DNA from: Saccostrea echinata
Taxonomy: Eukaryota
DNA: 64,000 bases
Assembly: GCF_033153115.1 (NCBI RefSeq)
Contig: NW_026889750.1
Span: forward strand, 992,001-1,056,000
Direction: 5' to 3'
The stretch's first letter is position 1, and each line of letters begins with the position of its first letter. Position numbers and translations under genes: made by a program. Under the pieces are notes generated by a model that saw nothing but the letters and a program-made list of their open reading frames with translations, did not search any database and was not told the DNA's origin. Shown here piece after piece: positions 1 to 11,612 of this stretch.

Positions 1-297
1 AATGTCTTACAAGGATTTTTTTTCACCTTAATTGTCTTAAATGAATAATATCTGTATGTACTTTAAGCTATTTCACAAGACGGTTGACTCAAATGTATCT
101 TTTCAATAAGTAGAATATTTATAGACAACGATTATTTTTCACCTTTCTGATATATTAGTAATTTATAGGTAACGATCTCATAAATTTCACAAAATATGTC
201 CATTGTCAACAAATGACATTTCCCGCAGCTCTGAATTTTATATAATACCACTGACAACGACCATGATACGGTACATAAAACGATATCATTGACCCCT

Positions 298-951
298 TCA
301 CCCACCTCGTTCCTCGCGGACAAATCCGCTTATACTCGGAACAGCCTGGTCCTCGGCTAATTTCATGTACTTTTCCAGCTCTGGCTTTTTCATTGACAAA
401 AGGCGGAATTTGGAATCAGCTAGAAAGAATTAATGCTGAGTATATATATCAGTAAAATGGAGTAAATAATAAGTAATAAAATCAATGTACATCGAGTCTA
501 TAATATGCATATTGTCCATACATACTATAATCATGTGAAATTCATATACAAAATATGTCAAATGCATTTTTTTTTCTACGGGTTCTTGGTTTTTTGTTCA
601 TTCCATTTAAATGTCTGTCTTACCGACGTCTTCTCTCATCTTTCTCAACAACTCCTTCTTTTGTCGCATTACGTCTTCCTCGACGCGAAGAATTTCACTA
701 ACACGTCCTAGTAATTCGTCCATACCTTCGAACTTATCTGCAATCATTTCCATCAAATCTTCCGAGTATTGGAGCTTTTCTTTGCTGTACATTATATTTT
801 TCCGTAGAGACTGATACAAGTTTTGAAGCGCATTGTTGCTTTTTGACATTTCCAGCAGACAATTCAACATTTGACCATAGTCTGCCAAAATAGCTTGATT
901 TCCAACATCTTTGACTGTTACTCCTCGAAAAAGTCTAAAGAATTTTGACAT
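298..951 (-). CDS. Two-exon 149-aa predicted coiled-coil protein of unknown function
   Basis: Exon 1 is 624..951 (ACAAAATG start context) and ends at GTCG|GTAAGA, phase 1. The 204-nt intron 420..623 ends TTCTTTCTAG. Exon 2 is 298..419 and continues in phase 1 (A-DSKFRLLSMKKPELEKYMKLAEDQAVPSISGFVREERGG*). The 114-aa ORF 607..951 is the unspliced read-through. Composition is helical and E/K/L/M-rich. Confidence 0.65.
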
Positions 952-1002
952 TTTGTTTCGATATCAATATTATGCGATTTGATATGAAATCACAATGACC
1001 AG

Positions 1003-1030
1003 GACGTCACAATAAAGTATTGTGACGTCA
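1003..1030. promoter_or_regulatory. Inverted pair of CRE-like (GACGTCA/TGACGTCA) sites forming a perfect 12-bp dyad
   Basis: GACGTCACAATA-AAG-TATTGTGACGTC at 1003..1029, with a full TGACGTCA at 1023..1030. It lies 50-80 bp upstream of the ATG at 951. Confidence 0.45.
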
Positions 1031-4000
1031 TTTAACTTGGATTGTCAGATAAATCGTACGATTTTTATTCTTTGTAGTTCTATGGTTACTAAATTCAAAA
1101 GTATTAGTCGACTACATGTACTTTGAAATGATTTATTAAAAAAATATTAAAAAGAAAAAGAATCCATATATGTATGTACCTAAATCAAATTATAACCATT
1201 TCAGTAAAAAAAAAAATATTTGTTATAAAAATGAAAGGATTCAAATAGATGTAAATCAAATTATACCCAATTTTTTTTAATCTCAATTGTTAAAAAAAAA
1301 ATTCTGGTCATTACCCAGCTTACAATCGGCGTATTAGCTGAGCGGCTGTTGCGCTGTACACATACAGCTGACTTTGTACATCAGCCCTCCCATCCCGCCA
1401 GCCATTCTCTGTCAAACTCATCCAGAAGCTTCTCTTGTTTAGTTGGTATATATCATATCTGAACATCACTTCCGAATTAACGTGTAGACAGGAGTATAGC
1501 TTAACGAAGGTAAGCCATGGCCGATTCTGAAGTTTCTTTCTCTTTTTATGTATGATCACTTACATGATATTCTGTGGATTCTTTTGAATTAATTCATAAT
1601 TTTACCGACATTCTCTCGTTTTTTACTTCGACAATGAGAAAAATGTGTTTTCTACGCATCTCTCTTCATCTTTTTGAAAGAAAGAAGGAAAAATAAAAAA
1701 AGTTTAGTTCTTAGGTTAACCACTACCTAGAAACCTTATTTTGTGGTGATTCATATTTGTGTTCGGGTCTTTAGTAATGAATACAGTTAGTATTTGAAAT
1801 CGCTTTGATCAATTTTGATAAGGAGCTCCATTTTTGACGAGGCAGCATGTTTTTGTAGAATTTATTAGCTAAATATTGGTACATTATCGCCTGGCTCGAT
1901 TACTTCAGGGCAGAAACAATCTACAGAAGTCCACAGTTCATGCCGAATAATCTGAGGCATTGATATCGACCAATATATACCAGTAAAAACAGAAAAAGTC
2001 CTATCAAAAGAAACGGTTTTCTCTTTCCCTGTCGGCGCTGTGTTATTGTTTGAGAAAACTTATTACGTAATGTCTTGTAACTTTCGATTTGGAGATGTCT
2101 ACGATTTCGTTATGGAACCACTGCCTGCTGTGCTTGATGCTGAGCTAACACTTGACTAACAACATTAGATTTGTGTGCTATATGGCTGACCTCTACAGAG
2201 TAACATCTGGATAGGTTCATCACGCTAGTTACTATATAATGTGTAACAGAAACACAGATTTGACCAAAGTGCCATAACATTTACTTTATGTGCCACCTTT
2301 TGATACTTAACAAGATCTGTACATATATATTTTTGGGGGAAAAAAGTCCAGACACACGGGTTGTGTATATTTTGTTTATTTTATTACCCCCACGTTTATC
2401 TGCAGCAAATGCGTAATATTTCTCATCAAGATGAGGTAGCATTCCAAGAATGCTTTTGGAACAGGAATTTTATTCCGTTGAAACATCCGCCAACGCCAAA
2501 ATCACACCCACATAACCAACCCGTAATACAAGACTTCGTTGCAGTGCATCTTAATCATGCCTTATTTATTGTCATCACCGGACTGTAAAAAATGTTTCAG
2601 AACTAAACATGTTGCCCGGGATAAAAATGTGAACTGTTGTGGCCCCGAGTCTTGACAGCTCCAAATGAAATATAGATTTTGTCAAACGTTACACTATCCA
2701 AATTTGACCAAGCGTGACGTTAGCATTGAAATTGTTTGTTTGATACGTCATTTTCCGCGCCATGCACAATGAAATGTAGTGTTTAAAAACGCACTTTCAC
2801 AAAAACATGCATAAACAGTTGGAATCAAAAAGTTATAGCTGTGTCTCGTCTACAAATTCATAAAATTAAGGTAAGACTAAATGATCCATAGACATGTACT
2901 TAACAGTAAATTAATGTCTCGATTTTGGAGAGAGAGGGAGAGAGGTTGATTTCCGCATTGGAAAGATATCTACGATAAATAAAGTTGTAAGAGATGCTGA
3001 AAAGATAACAGAACCGTTTAAAACTGAGAAAGCTATTCGGATCGTTTTATCTCGCGCGTTCGCACGTGCACACAGAAGTAATAGGTTCAAGCCAGTGTAC
3101 ATAGTAAAGTTCTATTTTTGGAAAATCAAAGAATACAGCAACTCATTTGAGAACTTCACGAAAAGTATTTCTTTAATCAGATAATACCTGGAACAGGTGT
3201 AATTCAGGTGATTCATCGCTGGTCAAAGTTACAGGTAAATAAATGTATCTTTGTAAGCAGTAAAAAACACGGACGGTGGGGAGTGGACCGTTAATACATC
3301 CCGAGTGATAAGTAGTGGTACGATAAATATTCCATTCATTGCTAGTATATGTCTACCTGGTTGTATGTAAGTAAAAGTCATCAATCATAGCTTAACTACC
3401 ATATAGTAATGCATGACGTGTATTAGTGTTGGGTTAAATCTTTGATTTAATTTGTAAGAAATTGCGCTCTGGGAGAAATTTATTGTTTTCTGTGCTTTCA
3501 TTATTTTTTGTGCAAGCTGGAATATTTCTCATTCTATGGTTTTATGTGTGAGAAAACATTTTATCGTGTAACATTGAAATGTAATTCAAGTCAAAGTAGT
3601 TAAGGATTAAAATTCGGAAAAAACAAGCTCCTCTTGTGTTGTAATTGAATCACACAAAACGGCTGTAATAATGTTTCCGAAGTTAAAAAGAACGAAATTA
3701 AAACTTTCTTTAGAGTCAGGTAACGATTTCTGACCACAACAATAAACAATGTGAATTATATGTAGCGGCGAGAAAACCGTGAACTGGCCGAAGCGAAACT
3801 GGTAATTATACGACACAATTCGGTGGCTTTTTATAGCCACTATCGTCGGCCTTCATTACATACAGAACGAGGAGAAATGAATTAGAAATATTGATTATTG
3901 AACCAGTGGCAAATAGAATAACGCTGAATATTACTATTAACATCAACATGGCGAACAAACTGAAGGAGCCAGATTGGGTGAGGTATGGGGGAAAATGAAG

Positions 4001-4090
4001 ATTGGGGAGGGAGTTCAAAAGGTCTAAAGGCGTTCAGTTGATTTATATAATTATGTACATGTATTTTCATCTTATTTTAGGTCTTTCAAA

Positions 4091-5335
4091 ATGGCACACA
4101 GGATCCCTATTCAACAGGACGATCTAAGTTTCGAAGAACGACAGAGCAAAGTGTGGGAGGATATGGAAAAAGATATGGAGAGGAGGCGCAAAGAATGGGA
4201 AAATGAGATAGAGAATATGAGGGGCGGATTCTTTAATCTGCGTCCGAGCAGCAACGGGAAGATGGAGGCATTGACGGACAAACTGGGTGGCTCGGACGAC
4301 GCTAAAACAGCAATAGAAAACGATCAGTTTGGGAGACCTGTCTTTAGGGCTCGTTTTATTGTCAGTGACTATAAACCAGAGGAAGTCAGTGTGAAAATGG
4401 ATGCACATAAACTTATTGTCAACGCAAAGCATGAAGAAAAAGGCGGTCAACGATCTGTTTCTCGTGAGTACAGTCGCGAAATCAATATTCCAAACGAAAT
4501 CGATCCCATGGCATTGCACTGCACTATTTCATCTGATGGTGTGCTTACTGCAGAGGCACCGATGCCGGTACCAAATTATGCACCTATAACAGACAACAGC
4601 GGCACACAGAGGATAGTGCAGAACGTCAGCTCGACTGTGTCCAGTCCTCCTCCCAGGGGCACGCCACCATTGGGTGTCCAAGTACAAAACGCACCACCAA
4701 CAACACACACGTCCACTTTCACTACCTTCATGTCGCCAAAGAGTGGTACTTCTTCCCCACCACAACAACAATATTCCGGAAGTACACCGCAATATCCCGG
4801 AAGTTCACAACAATATCCTGGAAGTACATCACAACCTCAGTTTTCCAGTAGTGTACCACCACAACCGTATCCCGGGGGTCCCGGCACTGCACATGTATCT
4901 AACACGAACAATCTTCAGCGCACTTACTCGGCACCCCCCTCACATGTGACATCCTCATCAACCACAACTAAATATGAATCTCGTGGCGGTTCTCAATCTC
5001 CTGCAACAATGGATAGGGAGAAAAGGTATCGAGTGGAGATAGATATTGAAGATTTCAGTCCGGATGATTTAAACGTGAAAACGTTAGACAAAAAACTTTT
5101 AATCAGTGCCAGAAGAGAGGAGAGAATAGGCTCTCGAACCTCCACCAAGGAATTAAACCGAGAATTTACTCTACCCGACACAGTGGACCCCATGTCAATA
5201 AAAGCCTTTTTTTCGGATTCCGGAAAACTCCTGGTGGAAGCACCTTATATGAGATCCATAGCAGTAGGGCATTTTTCCGAAGGAAGGGAAGGTAGTCCCC
5301 ATTTTGGAATGGGTTCCCCCTTTTCTGGCAGATGA
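4091..5335 (+). CDS. Small heat-shock protein with two alpha-crystallin domains (HSP20 family; p40/major egg antigen-like), 414 aa
   Basis: ACD1 reads FRARFIVSDYKPEEVSVK...REYSREINIP...SSDGVLTAEAP. ACD2 reads YRVEIDIEDFSPDDLNVK...REFTLPDTVDP...SDSGKLLVEAP. IPI (N-terminal) and IAV (C-terminal) match IXI/V motifs. The CDS is a single exon with a 5'UTR acceptor TTATTTTAG at 4080. Confidence 0.95.
   Translation: MAHRIPIQQDDLSFEERQSKVWEDMEKDMERRRKEWENEIENMRGGFFNLRPSSNGKMEALTDKLGGSDDAKTAIENDQFGRPVFRARFIVSDYKPEEVSVKMDAHKLIVNAKHEEKGGQRSVSREYSREINIPNEIDPMALHCTISSDGVLTAEAPMPVPNYAPITDNSGTQRIVQNVSSTVSSPPPRGTPPLGVQVQNAPPTTHTSTFTTFMSPKSGTSSPPQQQYSGSTPQYPGSSQQYPGSTSQPQFSSSVPPQPYPGGPGTAHVSNTNNLQRTYSAPPSHVTSSSTTTKYESRGGSQSPATMDREKRYRVEIDIEDFSPDDLNVKTLDKKLLISARREERIGSRTSTKELNREFTLPDTVDPMSIKAFFSDSGKLLVEAPYMRSIAVGHFSEGREGSPHFGMGSPFSGR
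4766..4832 (+). repeat. Coding 21-bp tandem repeat (3x QY[S/P]GS[T/S]x) in the sHSP linker
   Basis: caatattccggaagtacaccg / caatatcccggaagttcacaa / caatatcctggaagtacatca. Confidence 0.8.
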
Positions 5336-8300
5336 CTTTAAAAATGCACAAATTTCCATTTAGCATAATGAAAAAACTAACGTTCTAAATACAAAACTGT
5401 TCAATGTAGGCGATAATATGCTCTCGTGTACATCATGGAATAAGTGATTGGATCGGACATGCTGATATTATATACATATGTGACAGCTATGCGTGTTAAA
5501 TTATTACTCGGTTTCATTTGTTGAGGATAATATAGCAAAGATCAATATTAAGAAATGATTAACAAAACATTTTAATATTAACTAACATTATATCAATTTT
5601 GCTAAAGACATCTCAAATTCATCGCTTCTTGTTTACAAGGCAATAAGTATATCAATTTTTTGGGTCATATTATTTAATAGCATTTTTTTTATTTACAAAT
5701 AAATGTAGGTCTTTCTGTATGTATTATTTCTATTTTTCTCTTACTTATCTACGTGATAAGAACAAAACTAAGGTTGTGTTTTTCGCTGTGGACAGGTATT
5801 TATTGTTATAAGTAACAAAATCTGACAGGTGCTCGTACAAAGATAAGGAACATTCTGTGTTATTACTGTGCTGCTGTAGCTTTTCATTCAGAGATATTCC
5901 GGGATATCATTCTCATCTGGTACCACGTAATACGCTTTACACTAAATGAACATGATGAGAAGCTACCCATTTCTTGGTAAGTACCCCTCGTGCATTTGTT
6001 TGGTTGTTTCTTCGACCCAGATAAGGTTGATCTTCAAATTGCAGAGCAGGATAAATATGTTGAAACAAAATGTGTTATTTACAAAATGCCTCCGAGTTTG
6101 GCTCGGAGTAATAGTGGACAAGGTTGAACTTTCGAAACGAAATTGGGTCAGGGTCATAATACAACCTCTACAAGTACGAGATAACTTGTATCTATTACAA
6201 CGTAATGGACCATGCAAAATTTACCTTGATTATGTCCAAATTACCTTGGGTGAGGTTCACAACCTCTGAACGTAACCTTTCATTGTTCAAAGTAGGAGAC
6301 CTCAGCATTTCTCAAAGGTTATGAACTGCACAAGGATTTTACGCTCTCTATGACTGACCTTGACAAAGTGACCTCGATTCAGGTGAGGACGCATTATCCT
6401 GTCATTAACTATTTTTGTGCCAAGTACAGTGTATGAAGTCTCCATGTTGTTTAATTCAAGAGTTAAACCCATCATGGTGTATGACTTGATTCAATATTAA
6501 ACCATATCTAATGCATATAGGGGGTTGAATACCCTTCTTATCATCATTAATTTATCATCATTGAGTAAAAAAAAGAAATCTGTGTCATAACCACACACAA
6601 TTACCCAGTGACATTGACTTTTGATCATAAGATACCGTTAAGTCATCAGCAACAGCTTCCCAAGTTTGAGATAATTTTTGATAAGGGTTTAATTAATGGA
6701 GAGTTATGGGCCGGAACCAATATCATTGCCCAGTAACCTTGATCTGCAGGATATAACCATGAGTCAAGATCCGACAGAACATCAGCAACGTAAACATTCT
6801 CAAGTTGGAATTCATTCCAATAGGGGTCCACTACATGTACCTAGTAAGCATGACTGATAAGACATGACCTTGGGACAAAATAATAACCTTGAGATCATAA
6901 GCAACAACGTAATAAAGTTTAAAACGTGCATTCTAATCAAAGGTACGAGACATGTGACCTGGGCATAATATCACAGATAGACAAACAGACAACATTTGGA
7001 GCCAAAACCAGCTGTCTCCTCTGGTTTGGGAAGATGCTATTTTCCAGAGTTTTCTGTACCTGGTTTATATTTTCAAAATCAACATGCATTGAACAAAAAT
7101 CAAATAAATTTTAAACTTTAGTTGCCGTGATAATCCCACTTACTCTGTATATCGATTAATGTATAATTGAATATTCCATAAATAACAAAAAAAAATTATA
7201 TTTCTTTGATTTTATTATACATAAATGTACATGTATCCTGTTAATGAAAACATACCATAATGTAGAATATTGGAAGTAATTTTTGAATTGTATTTAAAGT
7301 GCAATGTACATGTAGCCGTTTCTTTGCATACATGCAACTTCATAATCAATTATAAATTATTGTACATGTGTAAGACAATAATCTATAGGAGGTTAAGTCA
7401 CGAATTTCAAGGAATTAGTTTTATTTATTCATCTGCTTGAGGTAGTTATGGCCAATTACTTAGTGGGCTGAAATAAGACAACAAAATTTTGGAATTTTTT
7501 AATAAATGTGTGTGTTCGGATCGAATCCTTGTTGGTTTCGAGTTCCCTCAGAGAAGTGCAATTTGCAGGATACTAAAAGTCCTCAGAGACGAACTCAAAT
7601 TGCATTATATTTACATTCGAATAGAAATCATTAGTTGATATTTCCATGCTAGAAAAAAATATCAGTGGTGCATACAGTTCTCATGCGTAGATCTTTGTAA
7701 AATCCGATAAAATCTTATAGATTTACAAAAAGGGCTCGGAATTTACAGTTTTCAGAAATGTCAACTTATGCATATACGTAAAATAATAAATGCTGATTTT
7801 TTAAACCAAAGAAGAGAAATTGAGTACAAATTTCAGCTTCATTGATTAGTATATATATTTTGCTTTGTGGAATACGCAAAAAACCTTGTCTGTTAAGACT
7901 CAGATGGTTAATAAACTTAACCGGAAGGAAATTCTCTAATCCACCGGAATTTGGTATTTTGTAGGAGTTATTTGATTATTTATAGAATATGGTCCCAAGG
8001 GGCACCGATCCATCTTCCTGTCCCAGACATTCCTATCGCCAAGACATCTTTAATCAGCATCGATTGAAGTTTATTTTGTCTAATAAATACATGAATGTTT
8101 TGTATCAAAATATGGTTACAATTACTCTGTTCAAGTGAAGGCATCGTGACGTACTATACGGCTTTTCTTAATTAAAGACCTACAACATGTTGATATTACT
8201 CTTAATTTGAATGCTTCACCATTTAGGGTTCTTTTAGAAAAAGAAACTAATAATCCAATTTGTAAATATTAGATGGACAGCATACGTGTACAAAATATTA

Positions 8301-9735
8301 ATATATATTTACAGATTTAAAAAAATACATTGTATCTATAGTTTAGATCAATAAAACAATCAAATAGGCAATGTAAAATTGGTACATGAAGGTACAGGAA
8401 GATGAGTGAATAAAAATGAATTAACATATCAACATATGAAGAGTTTCCAAATAATCAAAGAATCGGCTGCCGCTAATCCTGTGATGAGAAACATTTTTTT
8501 TTAGTACTTACTAGTATAATAATATTCGTGATTTAAGATCTAATTAATCTTATAAATTAAAAATAGATAAGCTTAATTTTATAATGTAATACCCAGATTA
8601 TTACGATGAATTAGTCATACTCATAAATTCAAAGAAATTCGGTCCATAACATGATGTATACGTCAGACTCCAGAATCCGCGAGTCCGCTAGACCAAAATA
8701 AACGATAAAACTCGAATTACCACAACAATGGCTCCTCCCTGGATACCCATTCATCGCGATCTTTAGAGTCCTTTGTATTACTATGAATTAATATGGAGAT
8801 TGCTTAGGAACATGTACAGATGCAATTGAAAGATATTTGGTGAAAAGTTCGGAACTTCCATTACTAACGCTTTTACGATCAGAATTTACAGAAAATTGTA
8901 CTGTAATGTCATGTAAAATACCTGTTTATTATTCAATTAACGAACATTGTCAATTTTCTCTGATTCTCATGAATAGATTATTCTGATGCTTGTGAATACG
9001 AGAGGCAGTAAATGTCAGGCGCACAGCATTGTGAGGGTGGAGAGAAAGTTCAGATCGCCAACATTATTTCCCTGTAAAATACTTATTGGCAATATCTGAA
9101 GAGTTTAAGTATACATGTATATTGCGAAGAATTCGAGGACATATTTTACATCTTTATGAAGATTTCCAATTAATAAAATGTGCAACGAATGATTTTTTTT
9201 TCTGTTTGACTACGAACGTTGCAAACAGATGTTAGGGATATAATTGATTTAATAAGTTATAAAAGTACCCTTTTATTAAATTTACTCAAGGTCAGATATT
9301 CATTTTAAACTTTACTCAGATTTGGATTGCTGTTTATTATAATGCTACGAAAATATTTTATTACGTCCAAACAAGGAAAAACAGATGCAAGTCTTTGTAC
9401 CCCCTCCCTTTCATTTATTTTCATACAAGAAGTAACTGAAGTTAGAAACTGACAGTGATGCATTCTTCATTAGACATGGTAAAAATGTTATTAATTATTG
9501 GCTGAAAATACTGATCAATGTCAACTCATGAAATTTATGCTCTCTAGCAAGTGACGTCCCCAGCATCTTATGAGCGAGTGACGCATGCAATTTTACAGAC
9601 GGCCTGGATTTGCATGCAGTGGTCTCAGTAGATAACTGTTAATCTGTGAAAGAGTCCCGTGACATCCCGAATGGCTATAGATTTATCGGACCAATCATCA
9701 CAGATTCCACAGAACGTTAGAATCATTTACATGGC

Positions 9736-11576
9736 ATGTTTGCTTTTCTTGTCGTCTGGGTATTTTGGATGCTTTTCAAAGTTGGCGGTAAGTGCTTCTT
9801 TTGCAAATTATGCAATTATTAAACAATTTAAAGAAATTTCCATAGTCTTTATTTTCTCGCAAAAAGGGGGGCCATAAACAGAATCTTTTTTACGTCTTCA
9901 ATTTTTATAAGAAGAATGCATATAAGTACAGAGTAGCTACTTTTTTTAAGAAAAAGACTTTAAAAAAAAATTAAATTTGTCCTCTTTAATCTATATAAAT
10001 TGCAACTTTTAAAGAACTTTCTTTTCATAATATTAGTTGCACAAAATAGTTATATGATCATCAGTTATAAAGATTGAGTATATCTCTGTTAAATCTTCTA
10101 GATGACTGATATTTTTATTTCTTTATTCGCCTTTCAGTAAATAACTAGTACTTTAAAATATACTGTCAAAGTCTAATAATTTAGAAAGATCATAAATTAA
10201 TCTGTTAATGAATAACTGTAATTGTACACACATATTGAGAAATGTACATGTAAAATAATAATTTTGCGATTACTGAGTACTGGGGATTAGCGGTACATGT
10301 AACAATTTCAGCGGGAAAGGCTCCAAAATAAGATTATTAATAGATTCTCCGTTATCAACGTTTTTTTGTTTGTTTTGTTTTGTTTTTTAATTTTAGATTA
10401 TCGTAAAAAAATTCACGATCAAGTCATTATGCATATTTTAAAAAGGAGAAAATATTTCGTTTTTTTTTTTTGACTGCCCGCGTACACGTTAAAATAAAAC
10501 ATATGTAAAACCTTATGATAAAAAAGATAAAGATAACGAACAGTTATCGATCCCAAAAAAATCTATAAAGAATACAAATCAGTCAAGAGTGCATAAAACA
10601 CGGACCCCTGGAAATTCCAGAGGTGGGATCAGGTGCTTAGGAGGAGTAAGCATCCCCTATTGACCGGTCTCACCGGCGCGAGCCCTATGTATTGATCAGG
10701 TAGTCGGAATATTCCGTAGTCATATTCAGTATATAATTGGCCTTACAGATAGGTTAAAGTTGCTGACAAGGTCATTATAACGACCATAGAATTTACGAAA
10801 TGCTGACTTTAAAGGGGCCTTGACACAGTTGTATTGTTTATATTTTAAATTTCTATGCTTATTAAAAATTAAAACCAATTAAATGAATTGAACTTTCATG
10901 AATATTCTTAGAATTCAATGACAACGACATTCTTCTTTACATCTCCTCAAACATGATCTGTTTTTGTAAACAGGGCACAAGCTCTTTTATTGTCAATGTT
11001 TACGTTTCACCGGGCGTGTTCAATTTGTTAAACTCTGCACACATCATGAGCACGGACTGACAATACCGGTGAGTTGATTTCGCTTTTTCACATTTCTACT
11101 CTAAATTTTCTGCATTATAGTTTTAATATTTTTCATTTTTACACAACAAAATATCTACTTTTCTTAAGTATTAAGGATAAAGTTTACTTTGTGAAATGCA
11201 AGGATGTGTCAATCAAACGTATCCCGGAATACATAGTTTCAATAATTTCAAGATAAAAGACGTTTCTGAACACGCTTTGATTATTTTTCCGTGTGAAATG
11301 CTCTAGCAACATATGTCATGATATTATACAGAAAAATTGAGAAAATAATAACTTCAAATCTGTGTCCAGGCCCCTTTAAACGAAGTTGTTGAAATTCCTT
11401 TAACATCAACTTATCTGTCAGTAGCCTGCCTCGATTTAAAATAAAAGTCTTGTATGGTATTCTGGAACTTAATTGTTACGTAGGGAATCAATTTTTAAGA
11501 AGATATGAGTAATAGTAATGACTTCTTTTATCTTACATGCTAGTATTCGTACCATGATCTTGTCCTTAACTAAAAT

Positions 11577-11612
<36 letters not shown>

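Noticed and set aside
1320-1559. 79-aa minus-strand ORF
   Set aside because: Non-ATG start, no recognisable motif, and no consistent splice partners. Better explained as UTR or promoter sequence.
4124-5366. Several antisense and alternate-frame ORFs over the sHSP gene
   Set aside because: Shadows of the real CDS.
6230-7030. TGACCTT-rich segment with a short (ACAG)n run, possibly an old Helentron-type element
   Set aside because: Too decayed to define termini by eye.
8728-8766. Mini-ORF MAPPWIPIHRDL* resembling the sHSP N-terminus (MAHRIPIQQDDL)
   Set aside because: Only 12 codons, and I could not trace any alpha-crystallin remnant downstream. Likely chance.
9659-9877. 72-aa ORF in the track
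   Set aside because: Wrong frame: spliced at 9787 it stops five codons into exon 2. The frame starting at 9736 gives the signal peptide.
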